Part shown: positions 46,442-56,696 of the stretch, one piece after another
Layout: each line of letters starts with the position of its first letter
Position numbering within the stretch: position 1 is the stretch's first letter
Virus record (IMG/VR): IMGVR_UViG_3300049139_000178
Span: 30,962-94,961 of that record
Strand: one strand, 5' to 3'
DNA length: 64,000 nucleotides
From: a virus
Translations under genes and position numbers: made by a program
Notes under the pieces: model-generated
What the model saw: the letters and a program-made list of their open reading frames with translations, nothing else
What the model was told of the DNA's origin: nothing
Databases searched by the model: none

Positions 46442-49400
46442 TGCCTGTCGCCTTCCGCTCCGTCGGTCCCCGGCTCAAGGTCGACATGACCTCCGCGCCG
46501 AACCCGCAGACGGTCGCCATGCCGCCCGGCCACGCCGCCGGAGACCTGCTGCTGCTGATCCTCGTCTACGACAACAACGTGCCCCCGACGACGGATCCCG
46601 GAGGGTGGACCCTGCTCGGAGCGGCCAGCGCAGGCCAGTCTCCGCCCGGCGCCACCGCCTCCCAGGTCCAGACGCGGGTGTACTACCGCATGGCCACGGG
46701 GGCGACCCCCGGCGCCTCGTTCTCCTTCTCAAAGGCGGCCTGGCCCACGGGCTCCCCGTTCGTCCTGGCGTTCACGGCGGCCTACAGCGGGGTAGACCCG
46801 GCAGGCCCCATTGAGAAATGGGTCGGCACCGGGACCGCGAACACGGCCGCGACGCAGACGCACCCGCAGCTCACCACCATGGTGAACGGTGACTGGCTGC
46901 TCACCCTGCGCACGGGCTCCGCCTGGCAGGCTCGGACCGTCACTGCCTCCGGCGGCACGAACGTCGAGAGGGTGGACGACAACGACGGATTCGGCGAGCT
47001 GTTCGCCGCGCTGTACGACTCCGGGGCCGACCTCGCCCCCGGTACGCAGGCGCAGCGTTCCACGACCTCCGCCGGCGGGGACGCCGTTTGCCAGGGCGGC
47101 TCCACGATGTGGTCGCTGGCGCTCAAGCCGGTCACCCCGGCCACAATCACCTACGCCCTGCCGGGCACCGCGTCCGTGACGGCCACGGCCTACAACCCCG
47201 CCGTGCAGACGGCTCCGGGCGGGTGGGAGTTGTGCGGTGAACAGGGCCTGCCTGGCTACCGGTTCCTCATCGACTGGGACGCGGAGGGCACCTTGGGGGA
47301 CATGTCGACCACGGGCCCGGTCTACTCCTCGGACACCTTCGGCCGTAGCGTCGCCGACGGCTGGGGCAATGCCGACACCGGCCAGACGTGGACGGTGGGG
47401 TCGAACACGTCCAACTTTTCCGTGAGCGGCGGCGCGGGCAGGCACGCGGTCAGTGCGCGCGGTGTCTCCCGGTTCTCGCTGCTGCCCGCGCCCTCACCGG
47501 ACACGGACATGCGCGTGAACTGGTCCGCCGACCAGGCCGGCGTAGCGGACAGCCTGTACGTGCACCTCACGGCGCGGTACCTCGACGCCGACAACATGTA
47601 TTACGCACGTGTGCAGATGGCGTCCACGGGCTCAGTCGTTCTCACGCTGCGCAAGAGGGTGGGCGGTACGGAGACGGTCCTGGCTACCGGATCCACCACC
47701 CTGGCGTTCTCGGCGGGGACGGTCTACACCGCGCGCATGCGCGTCATGCGTGACCTCCTTGCCGCCAAGGTCTGGCCGGCCGGGACCGAGGAGCCGGGGG
47801 CCTGGCAGGTGTCGGCCACAGACTCGGATCTGTCCGCCGCCGGATCGGTCGGCCTGCGCACGGTAGTCGGGTCGGCGACCACCAACACCCTCCCGGTGAC
47901 GTTCTCATTCGACGACTTCTCGGTCTCGTCCACGGTCGACCTGGAAGACGTCACTGAGGAGATCATCAGCGACATCTCCGTCAGCTACGGCCGGGACCAG
48001 GAACGCCAGCTCAGCCCGGCGGCCGTCGGCTCCGCCTCGTTCACGCTGAACAACTCCGGCCGGCGGTACAGCCCGGAGAACGCACTGAGCCCCCTGCACG
48101 GGGACCTGGACCCGGCGAGGCCGATGCGCGCGACGGTCACCTTCAACGGCCAGACCCACGCCCTGTTCAACGGCCGCATCGACGACTACGACGTGCACGC
48201 CGACTACGCCGACCGCACGGCGGAGTTCACCTTCCTCGATGCACTCAGCGACCTGGCGGGCATCAAGCTGTCCACTGGCGTCTACGGGAGCATGCGCACC
48301 GGAGAGCTGATCAACACGGTGCTGGACCTGGCCGGATGGACGGCCGGGCGGGACATCGACCCGGGCGCCACGGTGGTGCGGTACTGGTGGGCCGAGGGAA
48401 CGGACGCCTTGAGCTCCATCACCGACCTGGTGAAGAGCGAGGGGCCACCGTCGGTGGCGTACGTGGCCCCGGACGGCACGTTCGTCTTCCGCGACCGGCA
48501 TCACCGGCTGTTGCGGACGCAGTCCCGGGAGTCCCGGGCGACGTTCGTGGGTGGCCGGCTGGAGGACTGCGAGGCCGGCTCGCCGCCTGCATCCGGCTAC
48601 GACTTCACCAAGCCCTTCACCTACTCCCACGGCTGGCGCGACATCGTCAACTCCGTCACGTTCGACGTGGAACAGCGGACGCCGTCGGCGACGCTGGAGG
48701 CCGTGTGGACGGACGAGTCCACCTACACGCTGACCTCCGGGCAGTCGGTGGAGCTGGAGGTCACCACCTCGGACCCGTTCGTCGATGCTGTCACCCCCAG
48801 AAGCGGTACGGACCTCACATTCACCGCCGCCGGCGGGGCTTCCGTGTGGGCGTTCCTGAGCCGGACCTCGGGCGCGTCTGCCAAGCTCACGCTGCGCGCG
48901 GTGGGCGGCCCGGCAACGGTCACCTTTGTCCAGCTCCGCGCGAGGCCGCTGACGGTGCAGCGCACAGTGAAGGTCTCGCTGACGGACCCCGGGTCGATCA
49001 CGCGGCACGGTGAGCGGTCCTACCCGGACGGCGCGCCCTGGGCGGGCCCGGCAGATGCCGAGGCCATCGCGAACATGATCCTTCTGCACTACGCGCGCAG
49101 GCGGCCGACGGTGCAGCTCCGCATCGCCAGCAAGGACCCCACGCACTTCATGCAGGTGCTCCAGCGCACCGTGAGCGACCGCATCCGCATCGTCAACGAG
49201 GAGATGGGCCTGGACGGCGATTTCTTCGTGGAGCGGGTGACGCACACGATCCAGCGCACCGGGCGGCCGGGCCGCGCTCCTGTGCATTCGGTGGTCCTCG
49301 GCTGTGAGCGGGACCTGGTGGCGCCGGACAACACGTTCGCGTTCGACCAGCGGGGCCGGGGGTTCGACCAAGGCGTATTCGATCTGACGGTAGCCGACAG

Positions 49401-49470
49401 CGCCGACGAGGTGTTCGTGTTCGACGACCCGGTGCAGGGCCAGTTCGACCGTGGCCGGCTCGGTACGTGA
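46441..49470 (+). CDS. large minor tail/baseplate protein with beta-rich accessory domains
   Basis: Follows the tape measure; DTFGRSVADGWG, ISVSYGR, F.LNN..RRYSP, FVFRDR. Confidence 0.75.
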   Translation: MPVAFRSVGPRLKVDMTSAPNPQTVAMPPGHAAGDLLLLILVYDNNVPPTTDPGGWTLLGAASAGQSPPGATASQVQTRVYYRMATGATPGASFSFSKAAWPTGSPFVLAFTAAYSGVDPAGPIEKWVGTGTANTAATQTHPQLTTMVNGDWLLTLRTGSAWQARTVTASGGTNVERVDDNDGFGELFAALYDSGADLAPGTQAQRSTTSAGGDAVCQGGSTMWSLALKPVTPATITYALPGTASVTATAYNPAVQTAPGGWELCGEQGLPGYRFLIDWDAEGTLGDMSTTGPVYSSDTFGRSVADGWGNADTGQTWTVGSNTSNFSVSGGAGRHAVSARGVSRFSLLPAPSPDTDMRVNWSADQAGVADSLYVHLTARYLDADNMYYARVQMASTGSVVLTLRKRVGGTETVLATGSTTLAFSAGTVYTARMRVMRDLLAAKVWPAGTEEPGAWQVSATDSDLSAAGSVGLRTVVGSATTNTLPVTFSFDDFSVSSTVDLEDVTEEIISDISVSYGRDQERQLSPAAVGSASFTLNNSGRRYSPENALSPLHGDLDPARPMRATVTFNGQTHALFNGRIDDYDVHADYADRTAEFTFLDALSDLAGIKLSTGVYGSMRTGELINTVLDLAGWTAGRDIDPGATVVRYWWAEGTDALSSITDLVKSEGPPSVAYVAPDGTFVFRDRHHRLLRTQSRESRATFVGGRLEDCEAGSPPASGYDFTKPFTYSHGWRDIVNSVTFDVEQRTPSATLEAVWTDESTYTLTSGQSVELEVTTSDPFVDAVTPRSGTDLTFTAAGGASVWAFLSRTSGASAKLTLRAVGGPATVTFVQLRARPLTVQRTVKVSLTDPGSITRHGERSYPDGAPWAGPADAEAIANMILLHYARRRPTVQLRIASKDPTHFMQVLQRTVSDRIRIVNEEMGLDGDFFVERVTHTIQRTGRPGRAPVHSVVLGCERDLVAPDNTFAFDQRGRGFDQGVFDLTVADSADEVFVFDDPVQGQFDRGRLGT

Positions 49471-49480
49471 GGAGAGACGG

Positions 49481-49867
49481 ATGGGGATGGAAGTTCCGCG
49501 CGAGCGGACGCCGGTGGCGCGAGCGTACGTCTACGGCGGGGACTGGGTGGCCGACTGCCCGAGGCCCGGGACGGAGCCCGGCCGCCCCGGCTGCGGCAAC
49601 GTGGAGTTCCTGCACCGGCCGTCGCGCATGGGCGGCCCGAGGGACATCCCACTGGAGTTCTTCATGTGCTCGCACTGCGGCATGCAGGCTCCCATCGTCT
49701 GGCCGGACAACCAGCACGCGATCCTGGCCGTGCTCGCCCGGCGGCCGGTGCCGAAAACACGCAACTGGTACCCAGCCGACCACCCCGTGGCGGTCCGGTT
49801 CCGCCTCCCGCACGGACAGAGCGTGCGGGATCTTGAGGCCGAGAACGAGGCCCACGGTGTGCACTGA
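49481..49867 (+). CDS. Zn-binding hypothetical protein
   Basis: WVADCP...CGN...CSHCG; GAGGAG RBS. Confidence 0.65.
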   Translation: MGMEVPRERTPVARAYVYGGDWVADCPRPGTEPGRPGCGNVEFLHRPSRMGGPRDIPLEFFMCSHCGMQAPIVWPDNQHAILAVLARRPVPKTRNWYPADHPVAVRFRLPHGQSVRDLEAENEAHGVH

Positions 49868-49942
49868 CGCGACCCCGAGAACGTTAGGCGCAATAACGGT
49901 TAAGGCTGAAAATCCGCAGGTGAAGACCTACTGCAAGATCAC

Positions 49943-50025
49943 GTACCCCCTGTACCCTCTCCGTCGGTTAACACAGAAATTGACCCCTCATAGGCGTTAT
50001 ACGGAGCAGAGGGTACAGCGGGTAC
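49943..50025. repeat. palindromic origin-like element, copy 2 (intergenic)
   Basis: GTACCCCCTGTACCCTCT ... AGAGGGTACAGCGGGTAC arms (17/18 match); same 83-bp span as copy 1. Confidence 0.7.
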
Positions 50026-50071
50026 AGAAACTAGTTCGTTTCGTTAACAGGGCTCTGGAGGTGGCCTGACG

Positions 50072-50614
50072 ATGGCCTGGAGCGCACCTATGACCGCCGT
50101 CGCCGGGGCGACCTTCACTGCGGCGGCCTTCAATCAGTTCGTCCGCGACAACCTGCTGGAGACCGCGCCCGCCAAGGCGACGGCCGCTTCCCAGCTCTTC
50201 GTCTCCACGGGGCCCAACGCGATCGCTACCCGCGTCCCCACGCAGGCGTCGGTCACCACCAACCAGTCGACGTCCTCGTCCACGTTCACCGACCTGGCCA
50301 CCGTCGGCCCCCGGGTGACCCTGGAAACAGGCACCATCGCGTTCTGCTGGTTCGGAGCCAGCCAGGCCCACAGTGCCAACGACAACGAAACCGCCTGCTC
50401 CGTCGCCGTCTCCGGCGCGTCCACCGTTGCCGCGTCCAACGCCTGGCAGCACTCCACTGACGGTGTCACTGCCGGCAACTACGTGCGCGGCACCTCGTTC
50501 CATATCTTCACCGGCCTGACCCCCGGGGTGAACGTCTTCACCATGAAGTACCGGCTCGGGGTGTCCGGCGTCGCCAGCTTCCGTGACCGCGAACTCGGCG
50601 TACTGCCGCTGTAG
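50072..50614 (+). CDS. minor tail/fibre protein, paralog 1
   Basis: MAWSAPMTAVAG..FTAA.FN.F.RDNL.ETAPAKA; Thr/Ser-rich. Confidence 0.7.
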   Translation: MAWSAPMTAVAGATFTAAAFNQFVRDNLLETAPAKATAASQLFVSTGPNAIATRVPTQASVTTNQSTSSSTFTDLATVGPRVTLETGTIAFCWFGASQAHSANDNETACSVAVSGASTVAASNAWQHSTDGVTAGNYVRGTSFHIFTGLTPGVNVFTMKYRLGVSGVASFRDRELGVLPL

Positions 50615-50629
50615 GGGAGGAGACGGACC

Positions 50630-51166
50630 ATGGCCTGGACAGCCCCCATGACCGCAGTCGCGGGCAGTGTTTTCACGGCGGCGCAGTTCAACACCTTCAT
50701 CAGGGACAACCTCGCCGAGACCGCGCCGGCCAAGGCGGCCACGCCCGGCGGGTACTTCGTCACCACGGCGACGAACCAGATAGCCGAGCGAAACGGCCAG
50801 GTGGCAACCCAGCTGGCCAACGACAACACGACGTCCACGTCCTACACCGATCTGGACACCACTACGGGCCCGTCCCTGACCGTGACCACCGGCAACTGCG
50901 CCGTCGTCATCATCTCCGCCTCGCTGAGCAACTCGGCGAACGTGTCCGCGCGCATGGCGTACGAGGTGTCCGGCGCATCGTCCATCGCCCCTGCGGACAA
51001 CCGGGGTATCGGAACCTTCGGAGTGGCCGGCGTGGGCATCGTCGCCTCGAACACGCTCTTCCACAACGACCTGACGGCAGGCTCCAACACGTTCGCCGCC
51101 AAGTACCGCGTCGCCGGCGGAACCGGGTCCTTCACGTCCCGCCGTATCACCGTCCTGCCGCTCTAG
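50630..51166 (+). CDS. minor tail/fibre protein, paralog 2
   Basis: MAWTAPMTAVAG...; ends VLPL like paralog 1. Confidence 0.7.
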   Translation: MAWTAPMTAVAGSVFTAAQFNTFIRDNLAETAPAKAATPGGYFVTTATNQIAERNGQVATQLANDNTTSTSYTDLDTTTGPSLTVTTGNCAVVIISASLSNSANVSARMAYEVSGASSIAPADNRGIGTFGVAGVGIVASNTLFHNDLTAGSNTFAAKYRVAGGTGSFTSRRITVLPL

Positions 51167-51174
51167 GAGAAGCC

Positions 51175-51654
51175 GTGCCCGCTGGATACGTCACCGTCAG
51201 GGTGTACTACGAGCACGACGCCGGCACCTGGTACGCCTCGGGCGACCAGCCCGGGACGCGTACCCGCCCGCTGACCGCCACCAACCGCGCGGCGGCGGAG
51301 GCCGAGGCGGCGACGATGGTCACGGCGATGGGGTTGAACCTTGTCGGGGCCTGGACGTACCTCGGCGACGACGAGAGCGGCAGCCGCGCCGTATTCGCCC
51401 GCGCCGGATCCAGCGACGCCGTGAAGTCCCTGCTCGGGCTGTTCTGGACCACGCACAAGGAACTGTTGGCCAAGCTGGGTGTCAACGTCCCCGCCCTGCC
51501 CGCAGCTCAGCGCGCCCTGCTGTTCAGCCAGGACGTGATGCTGGTCGGGCTGGTGCGGACCCTTGTCGACAAGGGCGCTCTCACGGACGACGACATCGCC
51601 GCCGCGTGCAGTTCGGTCCAGGCCGCCGACTTCTCCTGGCTGACGGGGCTGTGA
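51175..51654 (+). CDS. hypothetical protein
   Basis: AGGAG RBS; operon continuity. Confidence 0.65.
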   Translation: MPAGYVTVRVYYEHDAGTWYASGDQPGTRTRPLTATNRAAAEAEAATMVTAMGLNLVGAWTYLGDDESGSRAVFARAGSSDAVKSLLGLFWTTHKELLAKLGVNVPALPAAQRALLFSQDVMLVGLVRTLVDKGALTDDDIAAACSSVQAADFSWLTGL

Positions 51655-51974
51655 TGGACGGCTTCAGTGCGTTCCTCACCCCCAGTCTCGGTGCGGGTGG
51701 GGTCATCCTGCTCGTCGTGCTCATGGTGCTGCGCGGGACGCTCGTACCCCGGTCCACCGTGGACATGATGCGCGAGGACAGCAATCGCCAGGTCGAGCTG
51801 TGGAAGGCCCTGGCCGAGGGTCGTCAGGAACTCATCGAGATCCAGCAGGCGCAGCTCGACATGATGATGGGCACTGCGCAGACCACCGAGCGGGTGCTCG
51901 ATGCCGTTTCCGAGGCCGCCCGTCACAACCGGGGAGGTGGCGGCCATGCCCTGGCTCCGGCGCCGGAGGGCTGA
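51654..51974 (+). CDS. single-TM + coiled-coil membrane protein (lysis cassette)
   Basis: GGVILLVVLMVLRG.LVPR. Confidence 0.65.
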   Translation: MDGFSAFLTPSLGAGGVILLVVLMVLRGTLVPRSTVDMMREDSNRQVELWKALAEGRQELIEIQQAQLDMMMGTAQTTERVLDAVSEAARHNRGGGGHALAPAPEG

Positions 51975-52167
51975 GCCGGACCGCAGCCAGGCGGCCGACG
52001 ACGTCCGAGCCGTCCAGGAAGCGCTCCAGTCCCTCGAACACGACATCGCCCAGGCGCACGCGCGTACGGCGGTGATTTCGGAGATTTCGCGTACTCTGCG
52101 GCGGTTGGGCGAGCGGAACCACTTCGCCCCGTTGATCAAGGACGCACTTGGGGGCAAGTTCAGATGA
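51946..52167 (+). CDS. small lysis-cassette protein
   Basis: MPWLRRR...RNHFAPLI; GGAGG RBS. Confidence 0.6.
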   Translation: MPWLRRRRAEPDRSQAADDVRAVQEALQSLEHDIAQAHARTAVISEISRTLRRLGERNHFAPLIKDALGGKFR

Positions 52168-52484
52168 CGCCGGGGGAGACGGTGAACCTGTGGGGCAGTG
52201 TGATCGCTCTTGTCGGCTGCCTGTCCTTCGTCGCCGTCTACACCGTGCTCGCTCGTTGGTGGCGGACCCGCGTCGGCCGGCTGCTCGTCATCAAGGCCCT
52301 GGCCATTGCCGCGTTCATGGCCATCTCCATCTGCGTCACCCTGCTCCGCACTGACATCGAGATCCTGCGCGTGGTGCGCGGCGTGCTCGCGGCTCTGTTC
52401 GGGGTGCTGATGCTGTACCAGGCGTGGCTCGTGGGCCACACGCAGATCAAGGGAGCGCGCCGTGGCGTCACCGATGACACCTGA
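52164..52484 (+). CDS. putative holin (3 TM)
   Basis: Three hydrophobic helices, WWRT.VGR, directly upstream of the endolysin. Confidence 0.65.
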   Translation: MTPGETVNLWGSVIALVGCLSFVAVYTVLARWWRTRVGRLLVIKALAIAAFMAISICVTLLRTDIEILRVVRGVLAALFGVLMLYQAWLVGHTQIKGARRGVTDDT

Positions 52485-53433
52485 CACGTTCATACGCGTC
52501 CTCCGCGAGGAGGGCGTGCGCATCTCCGAATACCCGGGCTGGCGTACCCGCTCCCGGGACGCCGCCACCGGCCTGACCTTTGGCCCGGTGCGGCTGATCC
52601 TCAACCACCACACCGCCGGGGTGAACTCCCGCGACATCGTGGCGAAGAACGGCGTCCCGGGCCTGCCGGCGCCGCTCGCCCACATCCACCTCGCCAAGAC
52701 CGGCGTGGCCACGATGTGCAGCGCCGGCCGCGCGAACCACGCCGGGCCGATGGCCATCAACGCCTACCAGAGTTTCCGCGACGAGCAGGCCGTGCACCCG
52801 GCGCCGTCCAAGGCATCCGGCACGGTCGACGGCAATGACGTCAGCTACGGCATCGAGACCGAGAACCTCGGCAACAGCACCGACGTCTACCCGCGCGCTC
52901 AGTACGACGCCTGGGTGCGCATCAACGCCGCCGTTTGCCGCTTCTACGGCTGGTCGGCTGAGTCGGTCGCCTGTCACAAGGAGACGTCGGTGGAGGGGAA
53001 GATCGACCCGCGCGGCCCGGTGGAGGGCTACGGCAGCCGGGGCCGGTTCGAGTTCACCCCCAAGCAGTTCCGCGCGGACGTGGCCGAGCGGCTGCGTCAC
53101 GACCGCACCTGGAGCCCAGGAGAGGAAGACGACATGCCCACATCCGCTGAAGTCGCCAAAGCCGTACTCACTCTGGACGGTGTGATCACCGTCCCCGGGG
53201 CGCCTGCGAGCAACCCGACCTGGACTCTTTCCTCTGTTCAGACGGAGATCCTCAAGCGCATCGACCGTGTCGCGGCCGTTGAGGCCGCACAGAGTTCGGC
53301 CATCGCGGAGCTGACCCGGACCGTGGCCACCCTCGCTGCGAACAGCGCCGAGATCGACGTGGACGACCTGGTGGCCCGGATCCAGCAGGCTATCGAGTCG
53401 ATTGACGTCCGGCTCGAAGCCACGACCGGCTGA
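52462..53433 (+). CDS. endolysin, N-acetylmuramoyl-L-alanine amidase
   Basis: NHHTAG, GRANHAG, YGIETEN, HKE...KIDP zinc-amidase motifs. Confidence 0.9.
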   Translation: MASPMTPDTFIRVLREEGVRISEYPGWRTRSRDAATGLTFGPVRLILNHHTAGVNSRDIVAKNGVPGLPAPLAHIHLAKTGVATMCSAGRANHAGPMAINAYQSFRDEQAVHPAPSKASGTVDGNDVSYGIETENLGNSTDVYPRAQYDAWVRINAAVCRFYGWSAESVACHKETSVEGKIDPRGPVEGYGSRGRFEFTPKQFRADVAERLRHDRTWSPGEEDDMPTSAEVAKAVLTLDGVITVPGAPASNPTWTLSSVQTEILKRIDRVAAVEAAQSSAIAELTRTVATLAANSAEIDVDDLVARIQQAIESIDVRLEATTG

Positions 53434-53450
53434 GCGGGGAGGACGACGGC

Positions 53451-53678
53451 ATGTCGCAGGACGCAAGGATGCGCGTGGTCATCGACGAGGCCGTTGCTGC
53501 GGCCGTGACTCCGCTGGAGAAGCGCGTGGAGGAGCTGAGCGCCCGTCTCACGGCCGTGGAGGAGTCCGACGGCCCGGGCGTCGCACCGGAGCAGAAGCGG
53601 CCGTCCACGGCCCGTACAGCCCGGGCCAAGGGGTCCCCGGAGGGCAAGGCGGGCGAGGCCGCCAAGGCTGGGCAGTAG
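53451..53678 (+). CDS. small coiled-coil protein
   Basis: GGAGGA RBS. Confidence 0.6.
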   Translation: MSQDARMRVVIDEAVAAAVTPLEKRVEELSARLTAVEESDGPGVAPEQKRPSTARTARAKGSPEGKAGEAAKAGQ

Positions 53679-53708
53679 ATCTGTAGACCAGGGAGCGGAG
53701 ACCGAGGA

Positions 53709-54767
53709 ATGCGCGTCGTCACCTACCCGGCCGACACCGGCGGCTGCGGGTACTTCCGGATCATCTGGGCTGCGGAACTGCTCGCGGCGGCCGGCCATGA
53801 CGTAGAGATCCGCCCGCCCGCCAACCGGGGTCTGAAGTTGAGCGTTGGCGCGGACGGCCACGTGGAGGACGTCCTGGACACCGACGGGGTGGATGTCTTC
53901 GTCTTCCAGCGCCTCACGCACCGGCTCATGGCCGAGGCCGTGCCGCTGCTGCGGCGCAAGGGCATAGCCGTGGTGGTGGACGTGGACGACGACCTGTCCA
54001 CCGTGCACCCACGTAACCCGGCCTACGACTCGATGCACCCGCGCTCCGGGGGTCACCACTCGTGGCAGCACCTCGCCGCCGCGTGTCGGGACGCGACGTT
54101 GGTGACCGTGTCCACCCCGGCGCTGCTGGAGCGCTACGCCCGGCACGGGCGCGGCCACGTCATCTACAACCACCTGCCTGACTCCTACTACGAGGTGCCG
54201 CGCGTGGACCGGGACACCATCGGCTGGCCGGCCGCGCTCGCCTCCCACCCGGACGACCCGGCGGTGCTCGGCGGGGCCGTGGCGCGCCTGGTGTCGGAGG
54301 GCGCGGACTTCCGCGTCGTCGGCGACCCGACGGGCACCGGGGCCGCGTTCGGCCTGACCCGGGATCCCCAGGGGCGCACGGGTGTCGACGTGGCGGGCTG
54401 GCCGGCGGCCGTGGCGGGGGATCTTGGCGTAGGGATCGCGCCACTGGCGGACACCCGGTTCAACGCGGCGAAGTCCTGGCTGAAACCGCTGGAGATGTCG
54501 GCCCTGGGGATTCCGTGGGTTGCCTCGCCCCGGGCGGAGTACGTCCGGCTGCACAAGCGGGGCGCCGGTGTCCTCGCCGACAGTCCTCGTCGCTGGTACC
54601 GGGAACTGAAACGCCTGGTCGACTCGCCGGCCCTGCGCGAGGAGCGGGCTGAAGCGGGCCGCGCTGTGGCCGAGGAGCTGAGGCTGTCCGGCAACGAGTG
54701 GCGCTGGTGGGAGGCGTGGGAGAGGGCGCACGGAGTGCAAACCGCTTCCGGGGCGTACGCGGCGTGA
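53709..54767 (+). CDS. GT-B fold glycosyltransferase
   Basis: GCGYFRI.W, FQR, DVDDDL, VTVSTPAL, IGW, GIAPL.DT.FN.AKS.LK.LEMSALGIP.VASP. Confidence 0.85.
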   Translation: MRVVTYPADTGGCGYFRIIWAAELLAAAGHDVEIRPPANRGLKLSVGADGHVEDVLDTDGVDVFVFQRLTHRLMAEAVPLLRRKGIAVVVDVDDDLSTVHPRNPAYDSMHPRSGGHHSWQHLAAACRDATLVTVSTPALLERYARHGRGHVIYNHLPDSYYEVPRVDRDTIGWPAALASHPDDPAVLGGAVARLVSEGADFRVVGDPTGTGAAFGLTRDPQGRTGVDVAGWPAAVAGDLGVGIAPLADTRFNAAKSWLKPLEMSALGIPWVASPRAEYVRLHKRGAGVLADSPRRWYRELKRLVDSPALREERAEAGRAVAEELRLSGNEWRWWEAWERAHGVQTASGAYAA

Positions 54768-54807
54768 TACAGCCTGTCATGAAGTGCAATATCTGAACCA
54801 AATAGGG

Positions 54808-54895
54808 CCGGGCAGCCACTCACTGAGTGGACTGCCCGGCCATTACGTTGTCCTCTACTGACGGCCCTCCCCGATGACAGCGGGGAGGGCCGTCA
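54808..54895. terminator. two hairpins between the convergent glycosyltransferase and whiB genes
   Basis: GCCGGGCAG...CTGCCCGGC and TGACGGCCCTCCCCG...CGGGGAGGGCCGTCA. Confidence 0.7.
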
Positions 54896-55297
54896 GGCTA
54901 CGGTACGCACGCGGGTGTTGGTACGGGGCTGCGCAGCCGACTCCCTCAGCCATGACAGACCGCACGCCAGGCACAGTGCGTCGTGGCTGTCCACCATGTC
55001 GACGACCCGGCTGGACCCGCACGACGGGCACTTGACCCGGTCCTTCTTTGCCTTGAGGCGCCGACGCTCTGCCGTGTCGGTGCCACCCCAATACCCACGC
55101 AGGTTGTAGGTAAGCGCGTACCGCAGGCATGTCCCCCGAACGGGGCACGGGTTGCAGTACTCGCGCGAGGCCTCCAGACCGGCTTCGTCCTCCTTGTCGG
55201 GGACGAACGCTTCCATCGGGAGGCCACTGCACAGTGCGTCATCCTGCCAACGCACCTCTGAAGCGGCGTACCCGCCGCCCAGTCGCTGTTGTATCAC
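54893..55297 (-). CDS. whiB: WhiB-family Fe-S transcription factor with extra C-terminal Zn ribbon
   Basis: ALC...C..CPVR..CL.YAL...GYWGGT...ERR, then CPSC...CLACG. Start uncertain. Confidence 0.88.
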   Translation of the reverse strand: MIQQRLGGGYAASEVRWQDDALCSGLPMEAFVPDKEDEAGLEASREYCNPCPVRGTCLRYALTYNLRGYWGGTDTAERRRLKAKKDRVKCPSCGSSRVVDMVDSHDALCLACGLSWLRESAAQPRTNTRVRTVA

Positions 55298-55621
55298 CTA
55301 TCGACTCCTCGGACGCAGTGACACCTGTAGATCGAATCATTGTCGTGTGAACCAGTGTTTGGAACGGAGCACACGTGAATAAATACGACCTTCGCTCTAA
55401 GTAAGAGACGTGTTTCCGATTGTGAGTTGCCGCAGCTCAGAGACGGTCGACTTCACCATTCGTCCACGACTGACGGGTGTGCCGGCCAACTCGGCATATA
55501 GCCAACGGAGTTACCGGCGGCAACATCCGGGGGCATCCCAAACGAGCTGACGGGAAGGCTGCCCTTGCTGAACGGGTCGGTCAACCGGTTCGCGGCATCA
55601 CGCCAGCACAGAGAACTGGTT

Positions 55622-56065
55622 TCAGGTCTGGTCCTTCTCGCTCATCTCCTCCAGAGTCATCCGCCCCGTAACGTCGGTGTACGGTGCCGTCCAGGTCCAG
55701 TCCGGGTGACCGTCGCTCAGGCGCACGACGTCCCGGCCGGTGCTACGACGGATGTGCGGGATGGTCAGGCTCTTGGGGTTGACTCGCAGCACCTCGTACC
55801 AGGTGCCCCGGTACTGGACGAAGTCTCCCTTGCTGAAGTCCGCCTGGGTCCAGATCTTGAAGCCTTCAGCTTCGGCCCGGATGACGATCGCACCCCAGTG
55901 CTCTATCTGTTCTTCCAGCTCCACAAGCTGCCGGTCCAGCTCCCGGGCGTAATCGGATCCCGGGGTGCACCGGTTCCGGGCGCGCTGTACGCGGCGCCGT
56001 TCGGCCTCCAGCTTCTCGATGCGCCGCAGGGCCTCGGCCGCGTAGGTGGTGACGGATCTGCCCAT
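55622..56065 (-). CDS. hypothetical protein (coiled coil + SH3-like end)
   Basis: GACCAAGGAA and GGAGG leader; DFSKGDFV.YRGTWYEVLRVNPKS. Confidence 0.7.
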   Translation of the reverse strand: MGRSVTTYAAEALRRIEKLEAERRRVQRARNRCTPGSDYARELDRQLVELEEQIEHWGAIVIRAEAEGFKIWTQADFSKGDFVQYRGTWYEVLRVNPKSLTIPHIRRSTGRDVVRLSDGHPDWTWTAPYTDVTGRMTLEEMSEKDQT

Positions 56066-56219
56066 GGTGGAGGGCCTCCCCTTGTTCCTTGGTCCGGAGT
56101 TGCGAGTGCCCCGCCCAGGGGGAGTGGGCGGGGCACCGGTGCCATGACCCGGCAGGGGGTGAGCCACGGCGTACGGCACGGAGTGTGCCAGCGAGTACGG
56201 CAATCGCCGAACGGCCTGT

Positions 56220-56654
56220 TCAGGCCGCAGAGGTCCACCCCTCGGCGTCGATCCGGCGCAGCCACGCGGCCACGTCCACCCGGCCCTCAGCGGAGAGCAT
56301 CACGGTGGAGCCGTAGGCCTTGCCGCGCGGGCCGACCTGCACCCGGGCGGTGCCGAACGGCAGGACGCAGTCCAGCCGGGCCCACGTGTGCGTAGACCAG
56401 ACGATGGCGTACTCGTCGCTCCGGATATCCAGCGTGCACCCGTACAGCGCGCCGGGCCGGTCCCCGAGGGAGACCGGCTGCGCCTCACCGGCGAACCACG
56501 CGGCGAGCGGGCGGAGCCATTCCGGGCGCAGGACGACGCCGTTGTGCCCGCCGGGGGTGATGAACTGAGCGATCATCACCAACGTGTCGTCGTGAGCCGG
56601 CTCGAACCGCAGGGCCGTTCCCCGCACGGTGCCCGGGATCTCGAATGCGTCCAT
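56220..56654 (-). CDS. hypothetical protein with internal duplication
   Basis: GACCAAGGAAGG leader; V.L.......AAW occurs twice. Confidence 0.65.
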   Translation of the reverse strand: MDAFEIPGTVRGTALRFEPAHDDTLVMIAQFITPGGHNGVVLRPEWLRPLAAWFAGEAQPVSLGDRPGALYGCTLDIRSDEYAIVWSTHTWARLDCVLPFGTARVQVGPRGKAYGSTVMLSAEGRVDVAAWLRRIDAEGWTSAA

Positions 56655-56696
56655 GTGGTGCCTTCCTTGGTCAGTCGGTGCGGCGCAGGGGGTGGG

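Noticed and set aside
56095-56215. A fourth tRNA-like element before the 55622-56065 gene
   Set aside because: Only a strong single hairpin (GTGCCCCGCCCA/TGGGCGGGGCAC) could be folded; no cloverleaf.
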